The notes below the pieces were generated by a model. The model worked only from the letters and a program-made list of their open reading frames with translations, searched no databases and was not told the DNA's origin. A stretch of DNA of 64,000 nucleotides, from the NCBI GenBank assembly GCA_964496885.1, contig CAZCBG010000007.1:9721-73720 (forward strand), given 5' to 3'. A program made the position numbers and the translations under genes. This DNA is from an uncultured Bacteroides sp. (GTDB lineage: Bacteria > Bacteroidota > Bacteroidia > Bacteroidales > JACABE01). Shown here in pieces: positions 55,109 to 64,000 of this stretch. Each line of letters opens with the position of its first letter. Position 1 is the first letter of the stretch.

Positions 55109-58100
55109 CTACTTGAAGTTGTAAAAATATTCATTCACTTTGTTTTTGTAAAAAGGATTCATTGCAGCAGGAACTGATTTAAGTATTTCCTGTTCATTTG
55201 CTTTTATCCTTTTATACTGCAAAATGAGATTAGGGTTACTAAATTTTTGTTCTTTTGCTTCGGTTGATTCTCTTTTTTCTTCCTGATCCCTCTTTTGTTC
55301 AGCTTTTTCGTGCTCTAACAATCTTGTTAATATCTGTTTCTGACGGTTTAGGGTTTCTTGGGAAATTGTTTTATTTACCAGATCCGTTTCAGTTTTTTCC
55401 ATTTGATTCATTAAATCATTGATGCCATTTCCAGGTTTTTCTCCTTGTTTTTTGAGTTCTTCGGAGTATTGTTGCACTTGCCTTCTGATCGCTTCCTGTT
55501 GAGCTGCCATGCGCGCCAATTGCTCACTCATCGTTTGACCCTGACCTTGCTTTTTTCCATCAGGTTTCCTTCCACTTTTCATCTGATCTAACTGTTTATT
55601 CAGTTCTTCCTGCATTTGTCGCATGGATTTCATTGATTTTGAAGACTTTTTCCCTGACCCTGGTTTTGAACAGGATGAATTTCCCTTGCTCTCTTTCTTT
55701 TTGGAGTTCATTTCCTGTTTCATGTTTTCCATAGATTCATTGAGCAAAAGTGCAAGGTTGTTTACAGATGTCATCACATATTGCTGACGGCTTATTGCAT
55801 TCTGGTTTTGAAAATTGCCTAAATATCCAACTGTATTCATTGCTAACAAGTCATTCATCGCAAGTTCCACATTATGGTTTATACTTGCAATCTCTTTATT
55901 GATGATGGATTGTATTTTAATTTGTCGTTTACTTAAAGCCAGCAAAGAATCTTCGACCATTTTTAAATCATCCTTGATATTCCCCTGTTCATTGATAATT
56001 TCCTGGTATTTGGGGTCTTTTACCGAAACCTGTTGCAAGCGATTTGCCAGCCCTTCTTGCCGGAAAGAGATCTTCAGCAGGCTTTTTAAAATAGCTCTGA
56101 TTGTTTCGATATCTTCTCCCATTTGCTCCTGCTCCATTTCCTGTTGTGATTCTTTCATTTTATCAGCCAACTCCTGCATTTGCTGAGCTGCATTTTTCTG
56201 TGATTTTGAAGCTTTCCCGCTTTTTTTATCACCCAATGCATCTGAACTGTTTTTTTGTTCCTTACTAATTGAGTTCTCTTTATTCTCGTCTCTTTTAAAA
56301 TCATTAGGATTTTCCAGTTCTTTATTTTTCTGTTCCAGATCGCTTACATTCTTTTTAAACTCTTCAAATTCTTTATTCAAATCATCCTGCTTTTTTTTCA
56401 TTTCTTCAGCAGATTTATCTCCTTTGGCCGTTTCGTCAGCCAGTTTATTCTGCTCTTTGGCTAATTTATCAAGTTTATCAATATTTTCAGTCAGTTTCTT
56501 CTCAAATTCAAGTTGCTTAAAAACCTCCAGATTCCGGTCCAGTTGCTTAGAAATGTCTTCTGAATTCATTTTCATCTTTTCCAGCATATCTCCCACCTTG
56601 TCTTTATCGATGTTATCCATAAGTTTTTGAAGCTCCTCAAACATTTTTTTCATTTCATCTGTCATGATATCCTGAAATAATTTTCCCAATTCCTTTTGTT
56701 TTTGAGCTATTTCTTCATCTGTCTTTTTATATTGCTGTTCTTTTATAGCATTTTCTTTATTCTGTTGATTGATTTTTTCAACAGATTCCTGTATCTGCTT
56801 CTGCTTATCCAATAATTCTTTGATCTGCTTTTTATCTTCCCAGTTCAGTGATTTTTTATCTAAGAGTTTGCGATTTAAATCTTTGATTTGCTTTTGTAGT
56901 TTTTTTGCATCCAGTATTGTCTTTTCAAGATCATTTTTTAGCTCCTGATTATTGGATTCAGTTTGCTTTTCAATCTCTTTGATTGTTGGTGCCTTGAAAC
57001 CCATTTTTTGAGAACGGGAAACCTTGCTGCCATTTATAGCATCGTTATCATAGACCTCGAAATAATATTCTACTTCATCCCCAGGTTGAGTAAGTAGATT
57101 GCCCATATCAAAATAATAAAAGAACTCCTGTTGGCTCAATGATTTATTGATTTGAATTTCAACTGCGTTTTCGGCCGTTTTAAGCGTATCCTTTGCATTA
57201 AAACTTCGATGATGAAAGATTACCTTATTAAAGCCATAATCATCTTTAATCAGACCTCTGAAGTAAAACCTTTTTTCGTACAATGAATCCTTTATTTCAT
57301 CAACCTGAATAAAAGGATAGGCATCCGGGATAACATTCACATTATAAATCAAAGAATCATTTACTTTTATTTGTGTATTTTCGGGTTTTACAGAATACGA
57401 AAACGATTTTCGCAAAACGGCAGCATAATAAAATATATTGTTCCCTTTTTGAGTTAAAATGATGTTTTTGTCTCCGTATAAGAAGTTTAGGTTAGTTGTT
57501 TCACGTGTAACAAAACGCCATTCAACTTTTGTCCCGTCTGGAACAACCAAATCGCCGATATTTTCAATATTTTCGTCTTTCTTACCAGTATATGCAGGGT
57601 ATTTAAGTTGTATATCGAAATTCAAAATAATTGGCTTAGGAATTACTTTTAAAAGATAGGGCTTTGATGTTATTTCAACAGCCTCTAATTGAAAACTGAT
57701 GTTTTTCAATAAGTTTTTAAACGTATAAGTAAAATTAACCGTGGATTGTTTCTGAAGTTTATATTTAACACCATCTGCCTTTACATATACTTCATCCGGG
57801 ATTTCAGTTCCTGTTAGCTTCACTTTCAATTCAAAATCTTGTTGTTGAATAACTTCTAAACGTGGATTTTCTATTTCGAATTGAAAAGCCGAGGGTTTCT
57901 CAAAATAAGTATTGTAATTGAGTATTCGAGTTGATGTTTCAGTAATTGCTTTAGGACGGGCTAAAAGAACCAATAATATAATCAAAACCGGTATGATAGC
58001 ATACTTAATGTATTTTCGGTTTGCGGTAATGTCGACAGCATTTGTAAAAGGGATTGGTTTTAACTGATTTATTTTTTGATTAATCCCAGCTTCTATTAAT

Positions 58101-58486
58101 TCGCTGTTATCATTTTCGGTCAATGCAATGTTTTTAAGTTGCAAGGTATTCAATAATTTATCCTGGATACTCCCAAAATGTTTACCGATAATAGCAGCTG
58201 CTTGTTCGTAAGAAATAATTTTCCCTATTCTATATAGTTTTAATAATGGAATTACAAAAAATTTAAAGATGATGAGAGCTGAAAAACTTAAAAAAGAAAA
58301 GAACAATATACTTCGTGTCAAACTGTCGAATCGACCGAAATATTCTAATATAATCACTAAAATAAAGAATGCGGCCACCAGAGATATTGCATAAATCAAG
58401 CCTTTAACAAGGAGATTTTTGTAATATTTCCGGATAAACTCATCTAATTTTGATATAAGAATATCGTAGCTGTATTTCATAAACAT
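55109..58486 (-). CDS. DUF4175-like giant membrane-anchored protein with a long K/E/Q-rich coiled-coil region
   Basis: 1125 aa. It has N-terminal hydrophobic helices, a beta-rich middle part, and then hundreds of residues of charged heptad-like sequence. It ends ...NPFYKNKVNEYFYNFK. The family call rests on remembered architecture only. Confidence 0.6.
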   Translation of the reverse strand: MFMKYSYDILISKLDEFIRKYYKNLLVKGLIYAISLVAAFFILVIILEYFGRFDSLTRSILFFSFLSFSALIIFKFFVIPLLKLYRIGKIISYEQAAAIIGKHFGSIQDKLLNTLQLKNIALTENDNSELIEAGINQKINQLKPIPFTNAVDITANRKYIKYAIIPVLIILLVLLARPKAITETSTRILNYNTYFEKPSAFQFEIENPRLEVIQQQDFELKVKLTGTEIPDEVYVKADGVKYKLQKQSTVNFTYTFKNLLKNISFQLEAVEITSKPYLLKVIPKPIILNFDIQLKYPAYTGKKDENIENIGDLVVPDGTKVEWRFVTRETTNLNFLYGDKNIILTQKGNNIFYYAAVLRKSFSYSVKPENTQIKVNDSLIYNVNVIPDAYPFIQVDEIKDSLYEKRFYFRGLIKDDYGFNKVIFHHRSFNAKDTLKTAENAVEIQINKSLSQQEFFYYFDMGNLLTQPGDEVEYYFEVYDNDAINGSKVSRSQKMGFKAPTIKEIEKQTESNNQELKNDLEKTILDAKKLQKQIKDLNRKLLDKKSLNWEDKKQIKELLDKQKQIQESVEKINQQNKENAIKEQQYKKTDEEIAQKQKELGKLFQDIMTDEMKKMFEELQKLMDNIDKDKVGDMLEKMKMNSEDISKQLDRNLEVFKQLEFEKKLTENIDKLDKLAKEQNKLADETAKGDKSAEEMKKKQDDLNKEFEEFKKNVSDLEQKNKELENPNDFKRDENKENSISKEQKNSSDALGDKKSGKASKSQKNAAQQMQELADKMKESQQEMEQEQMGEDIETIRAILKSLLKISFRQEGLANRLQQVSVKDPKYQEIINEQGNIKDDLKMVEDSLLALSKRQIKIQSIINKEIASINHNVELAMNDLLAMNTVGYLGNFQNQNAISRQQYVMTSVNNLALLLNESMENMKQEMNSKKKESKGNSSCSKPGSGKKSSKSMKSMRQMQEELNKQLDQMKSGRKPDGKKQGQGQTMSEQLARMAAQQEAIRRQVQQYSEELKKQGEKPGNGINDLMNQMEKTETDLVNKTISQETLNRQKQILTRLLEHEKAEQKRDQEEKRESTEAKEQKFSNPNLILQYKRIKANEQEILKSVPAAMNPFYKNKVNEYFYNFK

Positions 58487-58556
58487 TCGTTAAAAAAACA
58501 AAAACGCAAAACCCCTGATTAACGTATAGGTAATTTTGCTTTTTTAGTAATACCAA

Positions 58557-60083
58557 TTATAGCTTTATGCTGGCAATTCCCTTATTGATTCTTTGAATTG
58601 CTTCTTCTTTTCCAATTGTACTGATAATGGCAAATAAATCAGGACCAGTTCCTGCCCCAACGATCACCAGTCTTAAACAATTCATGATTTGACCCATATT
58701 TAATCCATTGTCCTGAATATACGCAACCACGTTATCATGGGCAGCCATCATTTCAAAAGGCTGAACTTCCTCTAAAATCTTAATGATTTCCCGTAAATGA
58801 GAAGCAGTATCTTCTTTCCAGCGTTTTTTGATGAGTTGTTCGTCGTAGGTGGTAGGTGGGGTAAAAAAGAAACAGCTCTGATCCCATAATTCATTCACAA
58901 AACTAAGTCTTTCTTTAACCAGATCGCAGATGACAGCTAATTTTGAAAGCTCGATTTCAATACCTTTTTCATTTAAAACAGGCATATATAAAACAGCCAG
59001 TTCCTGCGCAGTTAATTGCCTTAAATACTGTTGATTGAACCATTTGGCTTTTTCAACATCAAATTTTGCTCCTGATTTGCTGATTCTGTCTATGGAAAAA
59101 GCCTGAATGAGTTCTTCCATGGTAAAAATTTCCTGAGTTGTCCCCGGATTCCAACCTAAGAAAGCCAGCATATTAATGACCGCTTCAGGTATATAACCTG
59201 ATTCACGGTAACCTGAACATATTTCAGCTGTTTTAGGATCTTGCCATTGAATTGGGAAAACAGGAAATCCTAATCTATCACCATCTCTTTTACTTAATTT
59301 ACCATTGCCATCTGGTTTCAATAGCAATGGTAAATGTGCAAATTCAGGCATAGTTGACTCCCACCCCAATGCTCTGTATAACATTACATGAAGAGGTGCT
59401 GAGGGTAACCATTCTTCGCCACGGATTACATGAGATATTTCCATTAAATGATCATCGACAATATTTGCCAAATGGTAGGTAGGCATACCATCGGATTTAA
59501 ACAAGACTTTATCGTCCAGTAAATTAGAATGAACCACTACCCTACCTCTTATAAGATCATTAACAACAACCTCCCCTGTTTCGGGCATTTTAAAACGAAT
59601 TACGTAAGCATGATTGTCAGCTAAATGCTGACTGACTTCACCTGGAGTTAATGTCAGCGAATTTCGTAAACCATTACGGGTAGAAACATCATACTGAAAA
59701 GCTTTCTTTTCTGCTTCATAACTTTTGCGTGTTTCTTCCAAAGATTCAGGACTATCAAAGGCATAATAAGCCCATCCATTTGCAATTAACTGATCTGCGT
59801 ATTGACGATACAAAGGTTTACGATCCGATTGTCGATAAGGTGCATAAGGACCGCCCACATGAACACCTTCGTCAAACTGGATACCTAACCACGAAAGAGC
59901 TTCAATGATATATGCTTCAGCACCAGGTACAAAACGGCCCTGATCGGTATCTTCTATCCTGAGAATCATTGTTCCACCCAGTTGTCTGGCAAAAAGATAA
60001 TTGTACAATGCTGTTCTAACTCCCCCTATGTGTAGGGGCCCGGTTGGACTTGGGGCAAATCTGACTCTGACTTTTCTTTCCAT
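58557..60083 (-). CDS. gltX: glutamate--tRNA ligase
   Basis: 508 aa with the HIGH motif ([11 protein letters not shown]) and the KMSKS variant KLSKR. Confidence 0.95.
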   Translation of the reverse strand: MERKVRVRFAPSPTGPLHIGGVRTALYNYLFARQLGGTMILRIEDTDQGRFVPGAEAYIIEALSWLGIQFDEGVHVGGPYAPYRQSDRKPLYRQYADQLIANGWAYYAFDSPESLEETRKSYEAEKKAFQYDVSTRNGLRNSLTLTPGEVSQHLADNHAYVIRFKMPETGEVVVNDLIRGRVVVHSNLLDDKVLFKSDGMPTYHLANIVDDHLMEISHVIRGEEWLPSAPLHVMLYRALGWESTMPEFAHLPLLLKPDGNGKLSKRDGDRLGFPVFPIQWQDPKTAEICSGYRESGYIPEAVINMLAFLGWNPGTTQEIFTMEELIQAFSIDRISKSGAKFDVEKAKWFNQQYLRQLTAQELAVLYMPVLNEKGIEIELSKLAVICDLVKERLSFVNELWDQSCFFFTPPTTYDEQLIKKRWKEDTASHLREIIKILEEVQPFEMMAAHDNVVAYIQDNGLNMGQIMNCLRLVIVGAGTGPDLFAIISTIGKEEAIQRINKGIASIKL

Positions 60084-60104
60084 TTAAATATATTTTTTCT
60101 GTCT

Positions 60105-60112
60105 ACAAAGGT
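60105..60112 (-). promoter_or_regulatory. candidate -7 box (TACCTTTG on the minus strand) for gltX
   Basis: It lies 21 nt upstream of the ATG at 60083. Confidence 0.45.
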
Positions 60113-60231
60113 AAATAAAAACACTTAACCTTTTGCGCTTGTTCATTCAGTATAGTTAAATAAGCCAATGCATTTATGTAATACATTAAAATTCTTTACA
60201 TAAATAAGCAGTATATCTAAGCTAATTTCTT

Positions 60232-60239
60232 TAAGTTTG
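60232..60239 (+). promoter_or_regulatory. candidate -7 box (TAAGTTTG) for the long nagB gene
   Basis: It lies 28 nt upstream of the ATG at 60268. Confidence 0.45.
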
Positions 60240-60267
60240 TAGTATAATTTTTTATACCAAATTATCA

Positions 60268-62229
60268 ATGAAATCAACTGATAGCGGACAAAAAACAGAT
60301 TCTCATTTTTTTATTTTACCAGATTTAGCAAACAAAAATCAAATAGAAAAGATTCCTACAAAAATCTACACCGATTATAAAGAAGCCGAAAAACAGATTG
60401 CGCACGAAATTGCAAGCCTTATAATTAAAAAGAAAACTGAGAATAAACATCTTGTTCTAGGTTTAGCAACCGGCTCTACGCCTACTAAAATTTATAAGGA
60501 ATTAGTCAGAATGCATAGGGAAGAAGGATTAAGCTTCGAAAATGTTATATCTTTTAACCTGGATGAATATTATCCTATGCAGCCGGATGCGCTGCAAAGC
60601 TATGTCAGATTCATGAAAGAACATTTGTTTAATCATATTGACATCAAAAATGAAAATATTCATATTCCTGATGGATGCATCCCAAAAAATAAAATTGCAG
60701 AATACTGCAGAGATTATGAAAAGAAAATAGAAGCTTTTGGTGGCATAGATCTTCAGCTTTTAGGAATAGGCAGAAATGGGCATATCGGCTTTAATGAGCC
60801 GGGCTCTTTGGTTGATTCTCATACAAGATCCATTACACTGGCATATACAACCTTAAAAGATGCAGCCAGTGATTTTTATGGTGAAGCAAACGTACCCAGA
60901 AGAGCTATTACCATGGGGATAGCTAGCATTTTGAAAGCAAAAAGGATATTGTTGGTTGCTTTGGGTGAAGGAAAATCAAAAATCATTAAAGCCGCTATTG
61001 AAGGAGAAATTAACAGTCAGATACCAGCTTCCTTTCTGCAAAACCACGATAATGTTATAGCGATACTTGACAATGCTTCATCTGCCGATTTAAAAAGAAT
61101 GGAAGCACCCTGGTTATTCAGTAGCTGCGACTGGAGCGATGCCAAACTTGTCAGAAAAGCGGTTTTGTGGTTGTGCGAGAAAGTGGAAAAACCAGTACTA
61201 AAACTCACAGACAAAGATTACAGCGAAAACGGCATGCTTGATTTATTGGTGGATGCAGATGATGCAAGTAAAATAAATATAAAAATATTTAACGATTTGC
61301 AACACACAATTACCGGGTGGCCAGGCGGAAAACCTGATGCGGATGATAGTAATCGGCCGGAACGAGCCAAGCCATATCCGAAAAAAGTATTGATTTTCAG
61401 TCCGCATCCTGACGATGATGTAATTTCGATGGGTGGGACTTTTATGCGACTTGTTGAACAAGGACACGAAGTGTTTACAGCATATCAGACATCGGGTTGT
61501 ATAGCAGTTCACGATGATGATGTTTTAAGATATCTTGATTTTGTGAAAGATTTTGAAGATGAATATCAGATTAATAAGCAGTTTATTGATAATTATTATT
61601 ATAAAATCAGAGATGTATTGAAGCATAAAACGCCAGGGGATACCGATACACATGAAATACAACTGATGAAAACCATCGTAAGAAGAGGTGAAGCTAAAGC
61701 TGCCTGCAGGTTTATGGGTGTAAAACCCGAAAATGTTTTTTTCCTGGACATGCCTTTTTATGATACCGGTGCAGTAGTTAAGAAAGAACTGAGTAAAAGA
61801 GATGTTGAAATTGTTATTGATATCTTAGATAGAATACAACCCCATCAGATCTATGCTGCCGGTGACCTTTCCGATCCTCATGGTACACACAGGATATGCC
61901 TGGATGCTATTTTTAAAGCAATGCATCATTTAAAAAATGAAGACTGGGTAAAAGATTGTTATTTATGGTTATACAGAGGTGCCTGGCAGGAATGGAATAT
62001 CAGCGATATTGACATGGCTGTTCCATTGAGCCCCGATGAACTTTCAAAGAAAAGAAATGCTATTTTTAAACATCAGTCACAAAAAGACAAAGCATTGTTC
62101 CCTGGTATTGACGAAAGAGAATTCTGGCAAAGAGCTGAAGATAGAAACCGAAAAACAGCTCTGCGTTACAACCTGCTCGGGATGGCAGAATATGAAGCCT
62201 TTGAAGCTTTTGTCAGACATAAACTATAA
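60268..62229 (+). CDS. nagB: long-form glucosamine-6-phosphate deaminase fused to an LmbE/PIG-L-like deacetylase domain
   Basis: 653 aa. The N-terminal NagB fold has LGLATGSTP and GIGRNGHIGFNEPGS. The C-terminal part has the PIG-L motif LIFSPHPDDDVISMGG and later HGTH. Confidence 0.85.
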   Translation: MKSTDSGQKTDSHFFILPDLANKNQIEKIPTKIYTDYKEAEKQIAHEIASLIIKKKTENKHLVLGLATGSTPTKIYKELVRMHREEGLSFENVISFNLDEYYPMQPDALQSYVRFMKEHLFNHIDIKNENIHIPDGCIPKNKIAEYCRDYEKKIEAFGGIDLQLLGIGRNGHIGFNEPGSLVDSHTRSITLAYTTLKDAASDFYGEANVPRRAITMGIASILKAKRILLVALGEGKSKIIKAAIEGEINSQIPASFLQNHDNVIAILDNASSADLKRMEAPWLFSSCDWSDAKLVRKAVLWLCEKVEKPVLKLTDKDYSENGMLDLLVDADDASKINIKIFNDLQHTITGWPGGKPDADDSNRPERAKPYPKKVLIFSPHPDDDVISMGGTFMRLVEQGHEVFTAYQTSGCIAVHDDDVLRYLDFVKDFEDEYQINKQFIDNYYYKIRDVLKHKTPGDTDTHEIQLMKTIVRRGEAKAACRFMGVKPENVFFLDMPFYDTGAVVKKELSKRDVEIVIDILDRIQPHQIYAAGDLSDPHGTHRICLDAIFKAMHHLKNEDWVKDCYLWLYRGAWQEWNISDIDMAVPLSPDELSKKRNAIFKHQSQKDKALFPGIDEREFWQRAEDRNRKTALRYNLLGMAEYEAFEAFVRHKL

Positions 62230-62289
62230 CTTTAGGATCTGACTAATATATTTTAGGCAAACACTAAATATGAAATAATAAAATGTATT

Positions 62290-62589
62290 TTAAATTTCAT
62301 AATCTATCGAAGCTTTCAATTCCCGAATAGATTTTAAAAATTCCACTACTTTTAAATGAGCTGGATGTTTTTGGTAAATCATCAGGTCTTCAAAATTGTC
62401 AAAATCCATAGACAAAACTACATCATACTCATTATCAGGATTTAAATTAATGCCTGTTTCTAATCGTTTTATTTGAACGATTTCGTTTTTTAGGGCATGA
62501 AGTTCATTATTCAGCCTGGATGCGTTTAAAGCCTTTAATTCGGCTATTCCCGGATTTTTAAGTTTCCAGAGCACAATGTGTCGGATCAT
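62290..62589 (-). CDS. Dabb (stress-responsive alpha/beta-barrel) family protein
   Basis: 99 aa from MIRHIVLWKLK. The longer track ORF would overlap the upstream peptidase gene, so I chose the start 10 nt after that gene's stop. Confidence 0.7.
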   Translation of the reverse strand: MIRHIVLWKLKNPGIAELKALNASRLNNELHALKNEIVQIKRLETGINLNPDNEYDVVLSMDFDNFEDLMIYQKHPAHLKVVEFLKSIRELKASIDYEI

Positions 62590-62599
62590 AAGTGCATTT

Positions 62600-64000
62600 T
62601 TAATTTTTGATAAACTTTTGTACTGATTTTTGTAGCTCATTTTTTAATTCCAACAAATAAATGCCTTTCTCTAGATTTTGGATATTTATTTTTAAATGCT
62701 CTACTTTATTACTTTGTTCTGTTAAGATTTTCTTTCCAGTTATATCAAAAATAACAATCTGATAATTTTCTCTTTTATTATCGGTATAAATTTCGAGATA
62801 TTCATTACAAGGATTCGGATATATTAAAAAATTTACAGCACGATTCTCGGAAATTCCACTCACACTTCCAACTCCATTCACTACCCAATTATTTGGATCA
62901 ACTACTATGCCACTTACCGATTTATTCATTGGCATCTTAAACGTTTCGTTAATAGCTGAATGGTAAAGTTTTATAATAGTATCTCCACCTGCCCTTTGTA
63001 TTTTATATTCCATTTTCATTTTAAACAAAGGGGTAATGCTCGCTGATGTGGATTGATGCACATTCATACTGAGGGTATCGTTCTGTTGCCAGTACACAAT
63101 ATCAAGTGTTGGAAAACCTTCCCCAAAATACCATTGATTAAAGAAATCAGTAAAATTTTGACCCGACAGTTCTTCAGCCACTGCTTTAACATCTAGACCT
63201 GTTATGGTACTGTCTTTAAAACGGATTTGAATGGTCTTTAACAGGTTGAAGAATAAAGCATCATTGCCAATATCAAATCTCAGATTATGGATAATGGCTG
63301 CACCTTTTTTATAGGAAAGCCTTCCATCGAATATTCTGCCTTCGGAAATAGCCTGTAAAGGTGGAATATAAACACTCCCATCAGGCATAGACATTACATT
63401 ATTGTGTGCGTCTACCATGTGTTGCTGCGCTTCCTGATAGGAGGTCAGAGCTGCTGCTGCCAGGTATTCTCCATAAGAAGCAAAGCCTTCGTTGATCCAT
63501 ATATCGCTCCAGGTTTTGCAGGTTACGTTATCTCCCCACCATTGGTGACATAATTCATGTGAGGTGAGATAAAAATTAAAATCACTCAACGTCGTCATGG
63601 TTTGATGTTCCATCCCTCCACCGATAGGAGCCATGCAATGTCCGTATTTTTCTTTATAAAAAGGATATAAGCCGAAAAGACTAGAATAAAGTTCAATAAA
63701 ACCGGGTGTTCTGTCAATTTCAGTTTTATAATTTGGAAGGCACAAAGGATTGCTATAAACATAATTCTGAACCAGAATAGAATCCTGTAGGCCTGCAGGA
63801 TGCGCATAAATTGAATAATCTGCATAATCGCTCACAGCTATTGAAATTAAATAATAATCGATGGGGTAGCGTGTTTTCCATTCGTATCTAACTTTGTTGT
63901 TCGCTAAAGGAACCACAGCCGTCAGTTTTCCCTCTGATCCAACTTTATTATCGTTGCTGGTGGTTACAAAAATATAAGCCGAATCAGCCTTATCTGTTAA
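62600..64000 (-). CDS. M1-family zinc aminopeptidase with a T9SS C-terminal sorting domain; the N-terminus lies outside the window
   Basis: It has the HELCHQWWGDNVT...WINEGFASY gluzincin motif. The C-terminal ~80 aa (LIYPNPCNEYLEIY...GIYLLELKN...) match the Por/T9SS CTD pattern. The frame stays open from 63916 to the window end. Confidence 0.85.
   Translation of the reverse strand, partial: LTDKADSAYIFVTTSNDNKVGSEGKLTAVVPLANNKVRYEWKTRYPIDYYLISIAVSDYADYSIYAHPAGLQDSILVQNYVYSNPLCLPNYKTEIDRTPGFIELYSSLFGLYPFYKEKYGHCMAPIGGGMEHQTMTTLSDFNFYLTSHELCHQWWGDNVTCKTWSDIWINEGFASYGEYLAAAALTSYQEAQQHMVDAHNNVMSMPDGSVYIPPLQAISEGRIFDGRLSYKKGAAIIHNLRFDIGNDALFFNLLKTIQIRFKDSTITGLDVKAVAEELSGQNFTDFFNQWYFGEGFPTLDIVYWQQNDTLSMNVHQSTSASITPLFKMKMEYKIQRAGGDTIIKLYHSAINETFKMPMNKSVSGIVVDPNNWVVNGVGSVSGISENRAVNFLIYPNPCNEYLEIYTDNKRENYQIVIFDITGKKILTEQSNKVEHLKINIQNLEKGIYLLELKNELQKSVQKFIKN

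Noticed and set aside
1-64000. A scan for CRISPR arrays, tRNA, rRNA, tmRNA, RNase P or SRP RNA, transposases, integrases, phage genes, toxin-antitoxin pairs and known defence-system genes.
   Set aside because: None was recognised. There are no spaced direct-repeat arrays and no GGTTCGA-type T-arm or other conserved RNA cores in the intergenic regions. No recombinase, transposase or nuclease-NTPase defence architecture appears among the ORFs. An Infernal/Rfam and defence-HMM scan would be needed to confirm this formally.

Overview
This 64-kb window looks like a chromosomal segment of a low-GC Bacteroidota genome. Four observations support that placement. It carries the gldE-gldD gliding-motility pair, a T9SS-type C-terminal sorting domain, and a TonB-dependent receptor paired with a DUF4249-like lipoprotein. 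A TAnnTTTG '-7' box sits 8-140 nt upstream of most first genes, and no Shine-Dalgarno signals are evident.

I call 49 protein-coding genes, 8 intrinsic terminators, 17 candidate promoters and 2 operator-like palindromes. Two genes run off the window ends. Two are under 60 aa and absent from the supplied ORF track: a 55-aa 2[4Fe-4S] ferredoxin and a 29-aa hyper-basic peptide.

The content is overwhelmingly core housekeeping:
- Ribosome and RNA functions: rbfA, RNase G, a DEAD-box helicase, ybeY, mnmG, gltX.
- DNA functions: HU, mutY, ssb, dprA, dnaE.
- Cell wall: mrdA-rodA, rlpA.
- A long minus-strand block: nuclease-nupG-rlpA-thyA-lipA-lipB-folA-ferredoxin.
- Energy and metabolism: a divergent membrane pyrophosphatase, an acyl-CoA carboxyltransferase with a biotin carrier, methylmalonyl-CoA epimerase, udk, aat, trxA, and a long NagB-LmbE fusion.

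I found no rRNA, tRNA, CRISPR array, transposase, integrase, phage gene or recognisable defence gene. I therefore see no convincing discrete novel system here.

The best leads for uncharacterised biology are:
1. A translationally abutted operon of a DUF4175-like giant membrane/coiled-coil protein, an orphan RsbW-type kinase and ybeY.
2. The unannotated 29-aa K/R/H-rich ORF downstream of HU.
3. A strongly divergent M-PPase.
4. An orphan 1227-aa polytopic histidine kinase.
5. A marR-nmrA cassette bracketed by two copies of a TTGTATATACAA palindrome.

All family assignments come from reading motifs by eye. No database search was run.
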